From Chiloscyllium plagiosum (Eukaryota), in contig NC_057711.1 of the NCBI RefSeq assembly GCF_004010195.1, positions 72,265,191 to 72,329,190 of the forward strand: a DNA stretch of 64,000 nucleotides, given 5' to 3'. A model generated the notes under the pieces. That model worked only from the letters and a program-made list of their open reading frames with translations, was not told the DNA's origin and did not search any database. Of the stretch, positions 39,881 through 52,490 are shown piece after piece. The position numbers and the translations under genes were made by a program. Positions within the stretch are counted from its first letter, which is position 1; the number at the start of each line of letters is the position of its first letter.

Positions 39881-40415
39881 TGGAATACTGTGTCCAGTTC
39901 TGGTCACCCAGTTATAGGAAGGATATTATTAAGCTGGAGAGGGTTCAAAAGAGATTTACCAGGAAGATGGCTGGTAAGGAAGGTTTGAGTTACAATGAAA
40001 GGCTGGATAGTCTAGGACTTTTCTCACTGAAATGTAAGAGGTTGAGAGGTGACCTTACAGAAGTTAATAAAATCATGATGGGTATAGATAGAGTTAATGG
40101 TAGTTGTCTTTTTCCTAGGAGGGGGATATTTCAAGACTGAGGGCACATTTTTAACGTGAGAGAAGAGAGATTTATAAAAGACGTAAGAGACAAATATTTT
40201 ACACAGAGGGTGGTTCGCGTGTGCAATGAACTTCCTGAGGAAGTGGTGGATATGGGCATTATTACAATGTTTAAAAGACATTTGGATAAGTACATGAATA
40301 GGGAAGGTTTGGAGGGCTATGGGCCCGGAGCAGGCAGGTGGGTCTAGTTTTGGACTATGTTCAGCATGAACTGGTTGGACCGAAGGGTCTGCTTCTGTGT
40401 TGTATGACTTCATGA
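39881..40415 (+). mobile_element. CR1/HER1 LINE 3' end
   Basis: EYCVQFWSP...YFTQRVVRVCNELPEEVV and tail. Confidence 0.9.
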
Positions 40416-41488
40416 CGCTCAGTGTCCTTAGGATCCCTGGTATGCAATTCTCTTCCCAGTTGAGGGAAATTAATTATCAAACTTTCACTACGATTTTGTA
40501 CCTAACACGTGAGTAATAGTGAGAGATTCCCTAAATGAATGTTAATACTTAAATAAGATGCACAACAAAGTGAGAGATGAGTAGGTAAATCTATTGACTA
40601 TCTAAGGCTCAAAGTTGCAATTGAAATAATAGCAGAAAATGTTACTAAGAAATTTTTCTGTCAGCAATCTGATGGAGTTGTTAATTTACCTGAAATGAAA
40701 CCTTTAGCATCTCTGTTAAAATGTTGGACAGAAGAATGCCATGCAAATGCTTTCCTTGTTTATATTTAACCTACCTTTTGTTCACTGTCTAACAGTGTTT
40801 CATTTAATTCTCCTGTGAGATACTTTGGAATGTCTTGTTGCAATATATGTTTCAGTTGCCATATAAATGTAAGTTGTTGTTGTATGCTTTTAGCCTGTAA
40901 ATTATCTAACTCATAAATTCTAGCTTGTAAGTTTCTGCAAGGATTACTAGTGCAAAATATTCTTCAGATTTCATTTCATTATTTTTGTTATGAAAGTCCA
41001 TTTTCGGTGTTGTAAATGAATATTTAATTAAGCTAATTATGTTACCAGATTTTTTTTTCCCACTGTAGTTTGTGCTCTTCTGAAGGTGCTGCTGTTTGTA
41101 GTTATATGGGCAACATAGGGAGCATCACAGCAAGACTCAATTATATCCATGCCATTACATGATCTTTTTCAGCAGAAGGTCTTGGCCTATGATGAGCACA
41201 GATTGTTATCCTGACTTATTGTTGTTTCCTCCCTAGATCATGCTGCACTGAAGCCAAATAAAGTGCTGTACTACAGTCTGGGCTGAAATAACCTGACACA
41301 CTGCAGGCAAGATCAGACCTTGTTTGTATAGCTCAGTCAGACATCAGGCATTTCTCAGGAAAGCCACTGAGGAATATAAATACTACATGTGGTTCACTTG
41401 ATACTCCCATACTATGTTGTTTATAGTCTCATATTTCCAGAAATAATAATTCCGCCTTTCAACCTTTCCGAAGCCTATTAATTTGCTT

Positions 41489-41650
41489 AACAAAAGCCAA
41501 AAGAACTGTGGATGCTGTAAATTAGAAACAAGAACAGAAATTGCTGGAAAAGCTCAGTTAGCCTCAGTGGAAGAAATCAGAGTTAACGTTTCGGGTCTGC
41601 TGGCCTCCCTAAGAGTTCTGAGCATTAGCAACAATTTCTGTTTTTTGTGG
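41489..41650 (-). mobile_element. PLE-like family C insertion with partial fold-back
   Basis: Reverse strand gacccGAAACGTTaac; short inverted arm; TSD ctattaatttgctt (41475-41488) / ctattagtttgctt (41651-41664). Confidence 0.75.
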
Positions 41651-42137
41651 CTATTAGTTTGCTTGTTCAGAACTGTGACTTGCTTCAGCTAAACGCTGGA
41701 AGGTTGAAGTCATCATTTTTGGCTTCTTCGTTAACTCTGAACACTTTATTCTTTAATCATTCATGGGATGAGGGCATTGCTTGCTCGCCAGCATTTATTG
41801 CCCATCCCTATTTGGCCTAGAGTCAACCACATTACCGTGGGTCTGGAGTCACATGTAGGCCAAAGTAGGTAAGGATGGCAGTTTCCTTCCCTAAATGATA
41901 TTTGTGAACCAGATGGTTTTTCCAACAATCAGCAATCCCCATCATTAGACTCTTAAATCCATTTCTCACCAACTCGACTTGACTGCCTTGTCACTGTCTC
42001 AGATGGAGCCAGACTGTTCATAACCTTGACACACTGTGATGGGTTTCTGGCCATGTATATCCCATAACCTTCCATCTCTACAAAGTATCAGGTTCAGCCT
42101 GACCTGCCCCTCCATATGAAGCCAGAAACCCTCCTAA

Positions 42138-42438
42138 GGCATGATGGCTCCTAAGGCATGATGGTTAGCACCGCTGCCTTGCAGTGCCAGAGACCCGGGT
42201 TCAATTTCAGCCTTGGGTGACTGTCTGCATGTGTTTCCTCAGGATGCTCCAGTTTCCTCTCATCGTCCAAAGGTGTGCAGGTCAGGTGAATTGGCCATGC
42301 TAAATTGCCCATAGTGATAGGTGCATTAGCAGGGAATGGGTCTGGGTGGGTTACTCTTCAGAGGGTTGGTGTGGACTTGTTGGGTCAAAGGGCCTGTTTC
42401 TGCACTGTAGGGAATCTAATCTAATCTAATCTAATCTA
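42138..42438 (+). mobile_element. HE1-type V-SINE with (ctaat)n tail
   Basis: tRNA-like head, partially deleted V-domain, microsatellite tail. Confidence 0.9.
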
Positions 42439-42851
42439 AAAAAACTTGGCTTTGTTACCTCCAGTTTTCTCAAAGTACAATCTATCCTTACTGACCTAGA
42501 TTCGCCTTGAATCAAATGTAAAAATTTATATTAAAAGAAACAATTTGATCATGCCTTATTCTTTCCCTCCTTTGTAATCTCATAGAGTCATGCAATAAAG
42601 TTCTTCCATACACTATTCTCCTGACTATGGTCTCTTACACGCAGATTCTCCTTCTCTTTTACCACATGAGCTTCTTATGTCCTATGAGCTGAAATTTTAT
42701 TTTAAAATCTTATTGTTTCATCACTTGTTATACTCCTTAAATTTTTTTTTTCACCAAGCTTTTGATCCCCTTTTTTCTCTGTTTCTTTGGCTAACTGTCC
42801 AACTATTTTTTGTTCCTTGGGACATTTTTCAATGTAAAAGGTGATTTTTTT

Positions 42852-43840
42852 CATTAATTCATGGGATGTGGGTGTACTCACATTCCTTACTGATCTCCTG
42901 CACCTGCTCATCTGGTACCTTTTTAATTAACACTCTGAAGAGTGTTGTTGACTTGAGAAGATGGAGATGCACTGTTTTCTTGAACTGCAGCAGTCCTGGG
43001 GATATCGGGCACTTGCAGTGCTATTGGGCAGGGAGGTTCAGGATTTTGATCCAGTGACAGTGAAGGAACAATGACATAGTTCAAACTTAAGATGGTGAGT
43101 GGCTTGGAGGAGGACTTGCAGATGGTATGTTCCCATGTACCTGCTGTCCTTATCCTTCTAAATGGTAGAGGTTGAGAGTTTGGAACGTGCTGTCTCAGGC
43201 GCCTTGGTGTGTTGCTGTTGTTTGCATCTGGTATATTGTACGCACTATTGTCTCTGTACATTGGTGGTGGAGGGAGTGACATTTGAAGGTATGAGATGGA
43301 ATCTTAGTCAAGTTGACTGCTTTGTCCTGAATAGTGTTGAGGTCCTTAAGCATTGTTGGAGCTGCACTCATCCAGGTAAGTGGGAGTATTCCTTGACATT
43401 CCTGACTTGTCCCTTGCAGATGGTTCACAACGTTGATGAGTCAGGAGGTGAGTTACTCACAGCACAATTTTCATCCTTGGAGCATGTCTTGTAGCCACTG
43501 TATTTACATGTCTGGTCCAGTTCTGTTTCTGGCCAATGCTAACCACCAGGTTGCTGATTTTGGAGGATAGAGTAATGGTAATGGCATTGAATGAAAAGGG
43601 GTGGTGATTAAATTCTCCTTTGTTGAAGATCTTCATCTGATGAAGGACTTTTGCATGAAATGTCGATTCTCCTGCTCCTCAGATGTTGTCTGACCTGCTG
43701 TGCATATCCAGCACCCCACTCTCAACTCTAATCTCCAGCACCTGCAGTCCTCACTTTTGGCTGGTGTGAATGTTAGTTGATAGTTATCAGCTGAAACCTG
43801 AATGTTATAGGTCTTGCTTTATTTTGACAAGAACTGCTTC
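42852..43840 (-). mobile_element. LINE 3' portion, second CR1/L2-group family
   Basis: Minus-strand LTWMSAAPTMLKDLNTIQDKAVNL..HSLHHQC motif; contains a PLE insert. Confidence 0.7.
43637..43758 (+). mobile_element. PLE family A short insertion
   Basis: Begins CTGATGAaggacttttgcatGAAATGTC, ends cagtcctcactttt; no TSD seen. Confidence 0.75.
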
Positions 43841-44771
43841 AGAATTATAAATACAAATTGTTTTTATTTGAATGCCATTACCTAATCCCAAAAAACTCCT
43901 TTACCTTTTAGACGGTAATTTTGCACATCTACCTGACTCTGATTGAAAACATATTGTCTATTCAACCTGTTCAGGAATGTTATTACCTTTGGAACAGGTG
44001 TGACTTGAACCTGGGCCTCCTGGCCCATGGTGGGGACACTACCACTGCACCACAAGACACTGGTTAACCCATGCAGCCAATTTGCGACCTCTGTCATGTG
44101 ATGTTATGGTTTTAAACATCAGAGTGATTGTAATGGTGACATCACTAATACCATCTTATGCAAAATGGATTTGGTTCACATTAAATTAGCTTTAACTTGC
44201 ACCCCCTGTTGTTCAGATAGCTTAGCGAGACAGTGAGATTGGAAATTTATTCATTTGCTTACTTGACATTTTGTCAATCAGTTTTACAATATATAATACT
44301 TGCCCTGACAGCTGAATAAAAATGCAAGAAAACTATTAAATCTGTATTTACAAACAGGCAGACAATAGAGATTAAAAATATTGAACTGGAAGACCTCTGA
44401 TGTATTGGAGAATGGTTGCAGGAGCTATTAGGGCCACAACTCTCTCAATCTGGTGACTAAGTGACAATGCATTGGCAGGGAGAACCTCTTTTGAGCATTG
44501 CTGTTCACCTGAAGTGTAGGCTGAAGATGAGAAGTGAACTCACGTGCAAAAGTGGAAAGTATGTTAGCTCTTTTCACTGACACACTAAACATGGCACATC
44601 TACTGGAGACTCCGAACATTTGTAAGTTTTTATCCAAAATTCTGATGCCTCATCCATTCATTACCCCTGTGCTTGCTTGCTTGTTTTAGCATTCAACCTC
44701 TTATATAAGACAGTTAGGACATGAAAGCTTTAACTGACATTGTGAGATTATGCTACACCTATCAGGATACA

Positions 44772-44932
44772 GGGTTATACTCCAACAGGTATATTTGGAA
44801 GCACTAGCTTTTGGACCGCTGCTCCTTCATCAGGTGATTGTGGAGTATAAGATCATAGGACACAGAATTTATAGTAAAAGTTGACAGTGTGACGTAACTG
44901 AAGTTTTTCAATATATAATTTCAGTAACATCA
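44772..44932 (-). mobile_element. PLE family B fragment with hammerhead remnant
   Basis: Reverse strand cacCTGATGAaggagcagcggtccAAAAGCTAgtg; short inversion at the right end. Confidence 0.75.
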
Positions 44933-44944
44933 AATCCCGTCAGA

Positions 44945-45530
44945 TTGCACTTTTGTAGCATCTGGACAAACTTCTCCATCCTTGCAGAAAGGAGGAGGCG
45001 TGCCTCAGAATGTTGCGTGATGCAAAGGCTCTATCCTTACACAAGAATAAGGGTGACTGTAGCTACTGCAATAACTATTGAGGTATCTAGCTGCTAAATG
45101 GCATGGAAATGTGTTTGGCCACATTGCCTTTGTTGGACTGCAAGTCTTGGCCAAATGTATCGACCTAAAATCCATTGCAGTTCAGAATTGGAAGATCTGT
45201 AGTTGACATGATCTTCTCAGTTCCGGGGCTGTAAGAAGAACACCATGAATAAAGCAGACTCTTATATATTACCTTTCTCAGTCTCAGCAAGAGATTTGTT
45301 TACATGAAGAGAGCTGGTCTATTTAAGCTGCTGGAGAAGATTGAGTGTTTACCGAAGGTGCTCAATGTGATCCTCTCATTCCACAATGGGTTAGATCATC
45401 TATGACAGGGTAATGCTGGAACTCTTTGAGATCCTCAGTAAGGTCAAACTGGGTTGTGTTCTGGCACTGACTCTCTTTGAAATATTTTTCTCTTGCTGCT
45501 GACTTGTCTTCAAATCACTCACAGAAGGTT
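44945..45530 (+). mobile_element. RTE-clade LINE RT relic
   Basis: VPQ..RDA...LHKNKGDCSYCNNY*GI*LL..GRSVVDMIFS..VKLGCVLALTLFEIFFS. Confidence 0.8.
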
Positions 45531-45568
45531 ATTCACCTCCTGACACCCCAAAGCCTGTCCACCATCTA

Positions 45569-45809
45569 TAGGTAATTCTGGTATAATGCAATGGTCATGT
45601 TCCTGTGCAACCCTGTGCTATAGAGAATCGCACTACAAAAATCTCACTACAAAAATTGCTGTAGAAAATTGTGCTGTAGAAGATTGCTATAGAAAATTGC
45701 TTTTTCTGTGCAGTAGAAAGTTCACGCTATCAAAACAGCATCCACTATTTGTCAATTGCATTATAGCCAATTCGCTTTGACGAAATATGCGTTATACCAG
45801 AAATACCTG
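45569..45809. mobile_element. pogo/Tigger-like (Tc1/mariner) MITE, 241 bp
   Basis: TIRs TAGGTAATTCTGGTATAATGCA / TGCGTTATACCAGAAATACCTG with a TA duplication (45567-68 / 45810-11). Confidence 0.85.
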
Positions 45810-45816
45810 TACAAAG

Positions 45817-46028
45817 GAGAAAGTGAGGTCTGCAGATGCTGGAGATCAGAGCTGGAAATGTGTTGCTGGAAACAGGCAGCATCCAGGGAACAGGAGAATC
45901 GACGTTTCGGGCATAAGCCCTTCTTCAGGAAAATGGAGGTCCTGAAGAAGGGCTTATGCCCGAAACGTCGATTCTCCTGTTCCCTGGATGCTGCCTGACC
46001 TGCTGCGCTTTTCCAGCAACACATTTCC
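45817..46028. mobile_element. Fold-back PLE family A insertion with two divergent intact hammerhead cores
   Basis: Cores at 45901-45928 (-) and 45942-45969 (+); 14-bp TSD atacctgtacaaag (45803-45816 / 46029-46042). Confidence 0.9.
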
Positions 46029-46274
46029 ATACCTGTACAAAGCACAAGTCAGGAATATGATGGAATATTCCCCACTTGTCTGGATTGGTGCAGCTCTAAT
46101 TCTGTTTATTTGCAGCAATGCAATTGCTGGACATGATTTGTGGGTGAGTCACTCAATCATCTCTATGGCACAACATCGTGGGCCAAAGGGCCTGTTCTGT
46201 GCTGTATTGTTCTATTCTGACTAGAAATAGTGGTGTCAAAGGATTTGGAATTTAATAAAACATATTTTCATAGG

Positions 46275-46610
46275 ATTTGGGTGTCAGCATTTTTTGTCTA
46301 TCTCTAATTGCCCTGGAGACATGATAGCAGAGGTGACGTTTTGCACTGCTGCACTCCTTTGAGTGTTGGTACACCCACATTGCTGTCACAAAGGGAATTC
46401 TAGGATTTTTCACCCAGCAACAGTGAAGGAATGTTGATATTATTTCAAGTCAGGTTGCTGTATGGCCTGGGGGGTGACTTGCAGGTGGTGGTCCTTCTGG
46501 ATGGTAGGGGTCAGCTCAGAAGCTGCTGTCAAAGGAACCTTGATGAACTGCTGCTGTGCATCTTGCATGTGCTACACACTGCTTCCACTGTGCATTGGTG
46601 GTGGAGGAAT
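46275..46610 (-). mobile_element. LINE 3' fragment, second CR1/L2-group family
   Basis: cagcaacagtgaaggaatgttgatattatttcaagtcagg shared with 34800-34850 and 43050-43095. Confidence 0.65.
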
Positions 46611-49600
46611 AGGATTAGACTAAAAGCGAGAAAGTGCCAATAAACTTTAATCAATCAGTATTTATATATTGGACCAAGTAGAATTTGCATTCACCCACCC
46701 AGCTTGATTAGAAAACATCTCCTCACCCACTCTGCTGAGTACAAGTGGCAGGTAGTGTTGTGCACAAATGACTATCACTACAGGGAGGAGGAGAATCGAC
46801 GCCTGTGTAATTGTTTGTATGGTACAGATAATGGCCCCCATTGTCAGGATGGCGCCTTTTTTAGCAACCAAAACACCATGCTAGAGACTAATGGGAGTAG
46901 GTCATGACATGTGACCCTGTTTCAACCCCAGCTCTTTAATTTAATTAGAAAGAAGTTGTGAGCAAAAGCACAACCTATCAAGTCAGATTTACCTCCATGT
47001 GACAGTAGTTAGTAAATAATGTTTGTTAACACTAACTAGCCACTTTGTACAAGCAGTGTAAGAACCTGATTTTTTACTGAATGGGCAGGATGTCAGCTTT
47101 CATAATTCACACATCATTAACTGCTTCATTAACACTTTGCCTGTCTCTTGTAACAATAACTTTTACAGATTAGCAGACTCCAAGTACAATATATGAGACA
47201 TTTTATTGGGCTAACTTAATAGCTGAAAGTAAAACAATGTCTACAGCTACAAAAGCTCCTTCTACAAATAAAAACAATTGTCCTTGATATGTAAACTGTA
47301 GAAAAATGATCCATTTGATTTATTTTTTCCCATAGGGCTTTCAAATTCAAATCCAAGAAAAATAATCGCTCCAATCGAGATTGAATTCTAATAGTTGGGA
47401 AGGTTGAAATATTGGAGAACCTGTTTTTCAAGTCAGGCATGGGAGAAAAGACTGGAAATCAAGTTGTCTTCTAATTTCTTCATATAGTTCTCTCATTTCC
47501 ATTACACCCCTTCCCTTCAACTGCTGGGCACTTTATGCTGATGGATGGTGGGCTGTCAGTTTCCTTCATGTTTTTCATTTATACTGCTCTACAGCCAGTT
47601 ACTGATATCTAAATAACGTAATGGTCTGACATTTGGAAGCTAAAGTGGTCAAGTGCGCACAGAATCCACACTAGGTAATTTATCTCCTCACCACCCCCCA
47701 CCACCCCCCTACCCCACCACCACCACCACCATTGAAATAACCTTTTTGGCTGTAGGATTATCCCTCGAATGCATTGTGTAATACATGATGGGCTCATACT
47801 TTTCTTGTGTTTGTGGTTTGATGTATTCCATGGTGTTTAATACAGAAATAAAAGCTCTATAGTAATCAGATTCTAATTATTAGGTTTCTGATACTATATT
47901 CCTACTTTGAAGTGAATGGAAAGAATACTATTGCTAATGGATTTAGGTTTCGGTCAACAACCTGTATTCATAATGCATTCTTCAAGTAATAATTAATTGC
48001 AAATTATTTGCAGAAATGGAATCAAATGTTGATCAGTAGAAAAATCAAAAGATTTGCAAAGAATATTTTAGTGTAGGACCAAGACAGCCTTAAAGTCTCC
48101 ACAACCAACAGTGAAGCAGAAAATAAACTAGTGCAGATAATGCAGGAATTAATATTGCAATCAAGAGGTGTGAATTGTGAAGGGACTTGCAAACGAGGAT
48201 CAGAAATTGAATTGATAGCATTGAAGGGATAGTGAGCCAATGGGGGATTAATGAGGATGGAGTTAATATTAGAATAGGATGAAGTGTAAACTGGCAGTGG
48301 AGTTTTCAATGAGTTGGAATTCACATAGAATGGAAACTGCGAGACCAGCAACAGAGTACAAGAGAAGTCAAGCCAGGAGGTAATGAAAATATACATTTGA
48401 AGGATGGTTGACCAATGGCAGAGGTAGATAATATGGCTGAAGTAGGCCTTAGTGATATGCAATGTGAAGTTCTATGCACAGTTGTAGGAGAGATGAAAGG
48501 AGCCACAATTACTACCTTGCATGGTCCAGTCCTTAGAAACTACTAATATAGGAGATGATATCTGAAACTCAGCTAAGACTTAAACAGGATGCAGAGATGC
48601 AAGGGTTAACTTGTCAAACATCGGATTTGATCCGTCTCCAATTTAGGGAATCTGAGACATATCCATGGCATGAAAGTAGTGTAAGTAACTTAACCATTAT
48701 TTATCTAATTTTTGTAGGGTTTGGCTGAGAAAAGTCATCACCATATGAAGAATTATGATTTACATGTGACAATTAAAGTAATGATTTTGTTTCCAAAACA
48801 TTACAAGAAGGCTACTTCTGCATTGTAAAGCAAAATGATTCAACTCATTTAATGGCACAAAATGAGAAAATGGAAAGTTACACAGCTACAGCTAGCATTA
48901 GCTTGAAAGATTATTTTATATATCGAAAAATAGCAGCTTCATTTTAGAGCTGATTTCAATATCATACACATTTTAAAACTTTTATCACATTTTTTCTATA
49001 TCCTTGCTTGAGAAGTGAGTGTTACTGCAGGGCTGGCATTTGTTGCTTATTCCTAGCTGCCATTTCAGAGTGTAATTAAGAATTAACCACATTGCTGTAG
49101 ATCAGATCAGACAAAGGCAGAAGATTTCCTTCCTCAAAGGTCACTAGTGAATCAGGTGTGTTTTTATGACAATCAACAATGGTTATATGATTGCTATTAG
49201 ATGTCTTTTAATTACATTTTTTTAGTGAAATTTGAATTCATTAATCTGCCATGGTTGGATTATGAACCTATGTCCCCAGAACATTTTGAAATTCCTAATC
49301 CAGTGACAATACCTCTATTCCATTTCCACCAGATTGTGCTCCTAGAATATTTTAATGCTTTTATCAAGTTTTGATAAAAGAATAAAGATTGAAGAAATAC
49401 AATCTAAACTATTCTAGGACACGAGGAGACAGTAACATAAGCTTTCTATACTATAGATAGAAATTAATCTTTTGCTGGTCCGACTGTACAAAACAAAACC
49501 TGTAATCCTTCCACTAGCTCTACAGCTGGGGCAAGCCAAGTGACACGGCCCTGGAGTTAGACAGTGTGGCTGACTTAATGGAAACTATTAGCAGTCCAAA

Positions 49601-49823
49601 CATCTGCTCAGCTGCTTGAGATGCCTGACACATTCTCTAAAGTGGGAGATTGGACAGTCTGATAAGCTAGCATTGAATTATACGAACATATATCGGACAC
49701 TGGAATACCACCAGTAAATGACAGATCTATCTTTTCTCTTTTTCATGACAAGGAGGTATTTAAGAATGTTTCAGCACAAAGGATTAGCTGTCACTGCATT
49801 CCAAATATTCATACTTAACTCAC

Positions 49824-49955
49824 CCAGATGTCCTTTGAAATCCATTGATATTTTACTATGTTTTTTTCTGCGCTTTGATCCCAGAAAAGAAGCAGTCTGT
49901 TTTTTTTTAACATTTGGACTGCCATTTGTTGGAGAGGCACGCTGTTTCCCAAAAT
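49824..49955 (-). CDS. Candidate 132-nt exon; phase 1 reads DFGKQRASPTNGSPNVKKKQTASFLGSKRRKKHSKISMDFKGHLG
   Basis: Acceptor ccttccattgcag, donor TGG|gtgagt; length divisible by 3; two frames open; non-repetitive context. Confidence 0.35.
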
Positions 49956-50048
49956 CTGCAATGGAAGGCTCAGTCTATTTTAAGGGCTAAGCCTGATTAG
50001 CAGTCTGTGGTAAGCTGTTCCTCCACATGGTGCCCTAATGTAGCTTAC

Positions 50049-50094
50049 TGTCTCCGGGTCAATGCAACATAGAATGACCCGAAGGTTGATCTGT
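50049..50094 (-). other. Candidate 46-nt exon, coding status unclear
   Basis: Acceptor ctccttctcttcag, donor ACA|gtaagc; 93 nt upstream of the 49824-49955 candidate. Confidence 0.2.
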
Positions 50095-51584
50095 CTGAAG
50101 AGAAGGAGTAGATGTAGGTTGGGGAGTATGAATATGGCAGGAGGGGAGAAGGGAGGACAGGAGATGGGAGGAGAAAGACTGAGAGTGATAATCTCCACTC
50201 ATTTTTGTGGATCACAAATGAACACTTCTGTTGCTCCTTGTTGTACAAAAAATATGTAATATTTAACTCAAAGGATCTCTTTGCTGTTCTGCCAGATTTG
50301 ATTAAAAATAGCACCCATGCTGCCAATTGATAAACTGTTAAAAGCGCTTTGGGATCATATTTATGTTGCTGCCCTCTGCTTTGGATAAATGTGTGCTTGA
50401 GGGTGCATTTACTGGCTGGGGAAATCATGGGAAAAGCAATGTTGGAGCACAGTTTGGGCAGTAGCTCCAGTGTCCCTGTATTAATTTTTGACGCGTATTT
50501 TCTGCTAGGTAGAGGGAGTCATAATTGGCATCACTGCTGGAACTTGTTTGCATTTGGGGAGACAGCATTGCTCAGCTGTCCATCTTTTTTTGTCATGTGG
50601 GAGCAAGGGCTGTGATGGTGTCCTTCAAGGACACGTAAGCTTGTCAAAATTATTTTTAAAAATCAGCATTTTATATCTGAGATAAACATGTATTTCAGCT
50701 TAAGACTTTTAACAGAATTTTTCTGTTCAGTGTGCAATGTAGGTCACCGTCTGGAATGGATGCGTGTCTCGATTTTAGCAGGTAATGTTTATCTATATGT
50801 ATTACTGTCCAGTTACAGCAGACACTATGAATGGAACCAGTGATGTGCAAAATAGATTTTTTTTATAAAAAGGAAGTAAAACACCAGGACAGGCTTATTT
50901 AATGAACGAGAATTAAATAAATTTAGTGCCACCTGTTGATAGTGTGATTTTGTACTGCAGACAGATTTTCAAAACAGCAATTGATTGCCAATGTATTTAG
51001 ATCAGCGACGAAGAATTTATTTAAATAGTCGTGGTCTAGTGGATGGAAAATTCTCACCCAAGATGTCTCAATTAACAGATTCCAACTCTGTTTAACTTCT
51101 GCTTATTCTCAGTGGGACTCTGGAAGTGCCAACTGTGAAAAAGAACAATTTTCTCATCTACAGTTACTCTCACTGCTGTGCTGCTTGTCCCTGATGTCCT
51201 TGATGATGACCCTGCATGTGAAAGTGAAAGAGATAAACTGATGTGATTATGTTCTTAGAGAAACAGTTTCACTCAGTCCCTGGGGAATTGAGTGTGTGAC
51301 TGGTGCCTGCAGTCTGGCAGCATCCTACCACAATGCCTTGTGTATACAACTCAACTTGTAGTGAAAAATCTGCTTTTTCCTGCATGAGGGGAATGGTATC
51401 AAGCCACCCAAATGATGGCTGCTAAACTAATACAACCCACAGGGAATTCCTACAGGGAATCATGTGTCCTAATATTGTTAATGCAAGAGACATTTAAGGA
51501 GGAAAAGCAGGATGAAAGTTATCAATCTGACAGAAAGGACAGATGTTCAGAGTATTTCTCAAAATACTGAGAAGTTGGGAAGTG

Positions 51585-52490
51585 GTGATAAGGACATCCA
51601 AGTCTCCTTGCAATAAGTCACTGAAGGCTAATATGCAGCACACAAAGGCTAATGGAGTGTTAGCCTTTAGTGCAAGTTGATTTGAGTACAGAAATAATGA
51701 AGTTAATAATCACACAACTGCAGGTTATAGTCCAACAGATTATTTGGAAGCACTAGCTTTTGGAGAGCTGCTCTTTGGTTGTGGTTGTGGACGTCCTCCA
51801 CAAGGAAGGAGCAGTGCTCCGAAAGCTAGTGTTTCCAAATAAACCTGTTGGACTATAACCTGGTGTTGTGTGATTTTCAACTTTGCACACCCCAGTCCAA
51901 CACCGGCTTCTCCAAATCAGGAATGATGAAGCCTTGTTTCACTGAATAGGAACCTGGTTAGACCATACCTGGAATACTATGTGCAGTTTTGGTCCCCTTA
52001 TCTCTGGAAAGATATTGTTACCATACATGGTTTGTAACATAAGATCACAGACTTGTTCCCAGGCTGGCCAGAGAAAATTGGAAGAGAAATTGTGCAAACT
52101 GGGTCTGCATTCTCTAGAATTTTGAAGACTTTGAGATGATCTCATCAAAACCTACAAAATAGTTAAAAAGATTGACAGGGTAAATGTAGGTTGTGGAGTC
52201 TAGAACAGGAGATACAATTTAAAAATAGGGGGCTATCATTCAGGACTAAGATAAGGAAAATTTCTTTTTACAGCGAGGTTTGTGGATCTTTGGAATTTGC
52301 TATCCCAGAGGGCTGTAGAAGCTCCATATTTAAGTATATTTAGGAAGAGGATGATACATTTTGATAATTGTTGGTGTAAAGAGTTATGGGGATAATGTGG
52401 ATGAAAGGATTGAAATGTTTGATCAGCCATGATTGTATTAAATATTGAAGCAGACTCAACCACCATCTGTTTGTGTGTTTCTATGACTGA
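51585..52490 (+). mobile_element. CR1 LINE 3' portion interrupted by a PLE family B insert
   Basis: KANGVLAF...LVRPYLEYYVQFWSP motifs on either side of the insert. Confidence 0.8.
51703..51917. mobile_element. Fold-back PLE family B insertion
   Basis: Inverted arms around GGAGC-AGT-GCTCC-GAAAGCTA; TSD cagaaataatgaag (51689-51702) / caggaatgatgaag (51918-51931). Confidence 0.85.
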
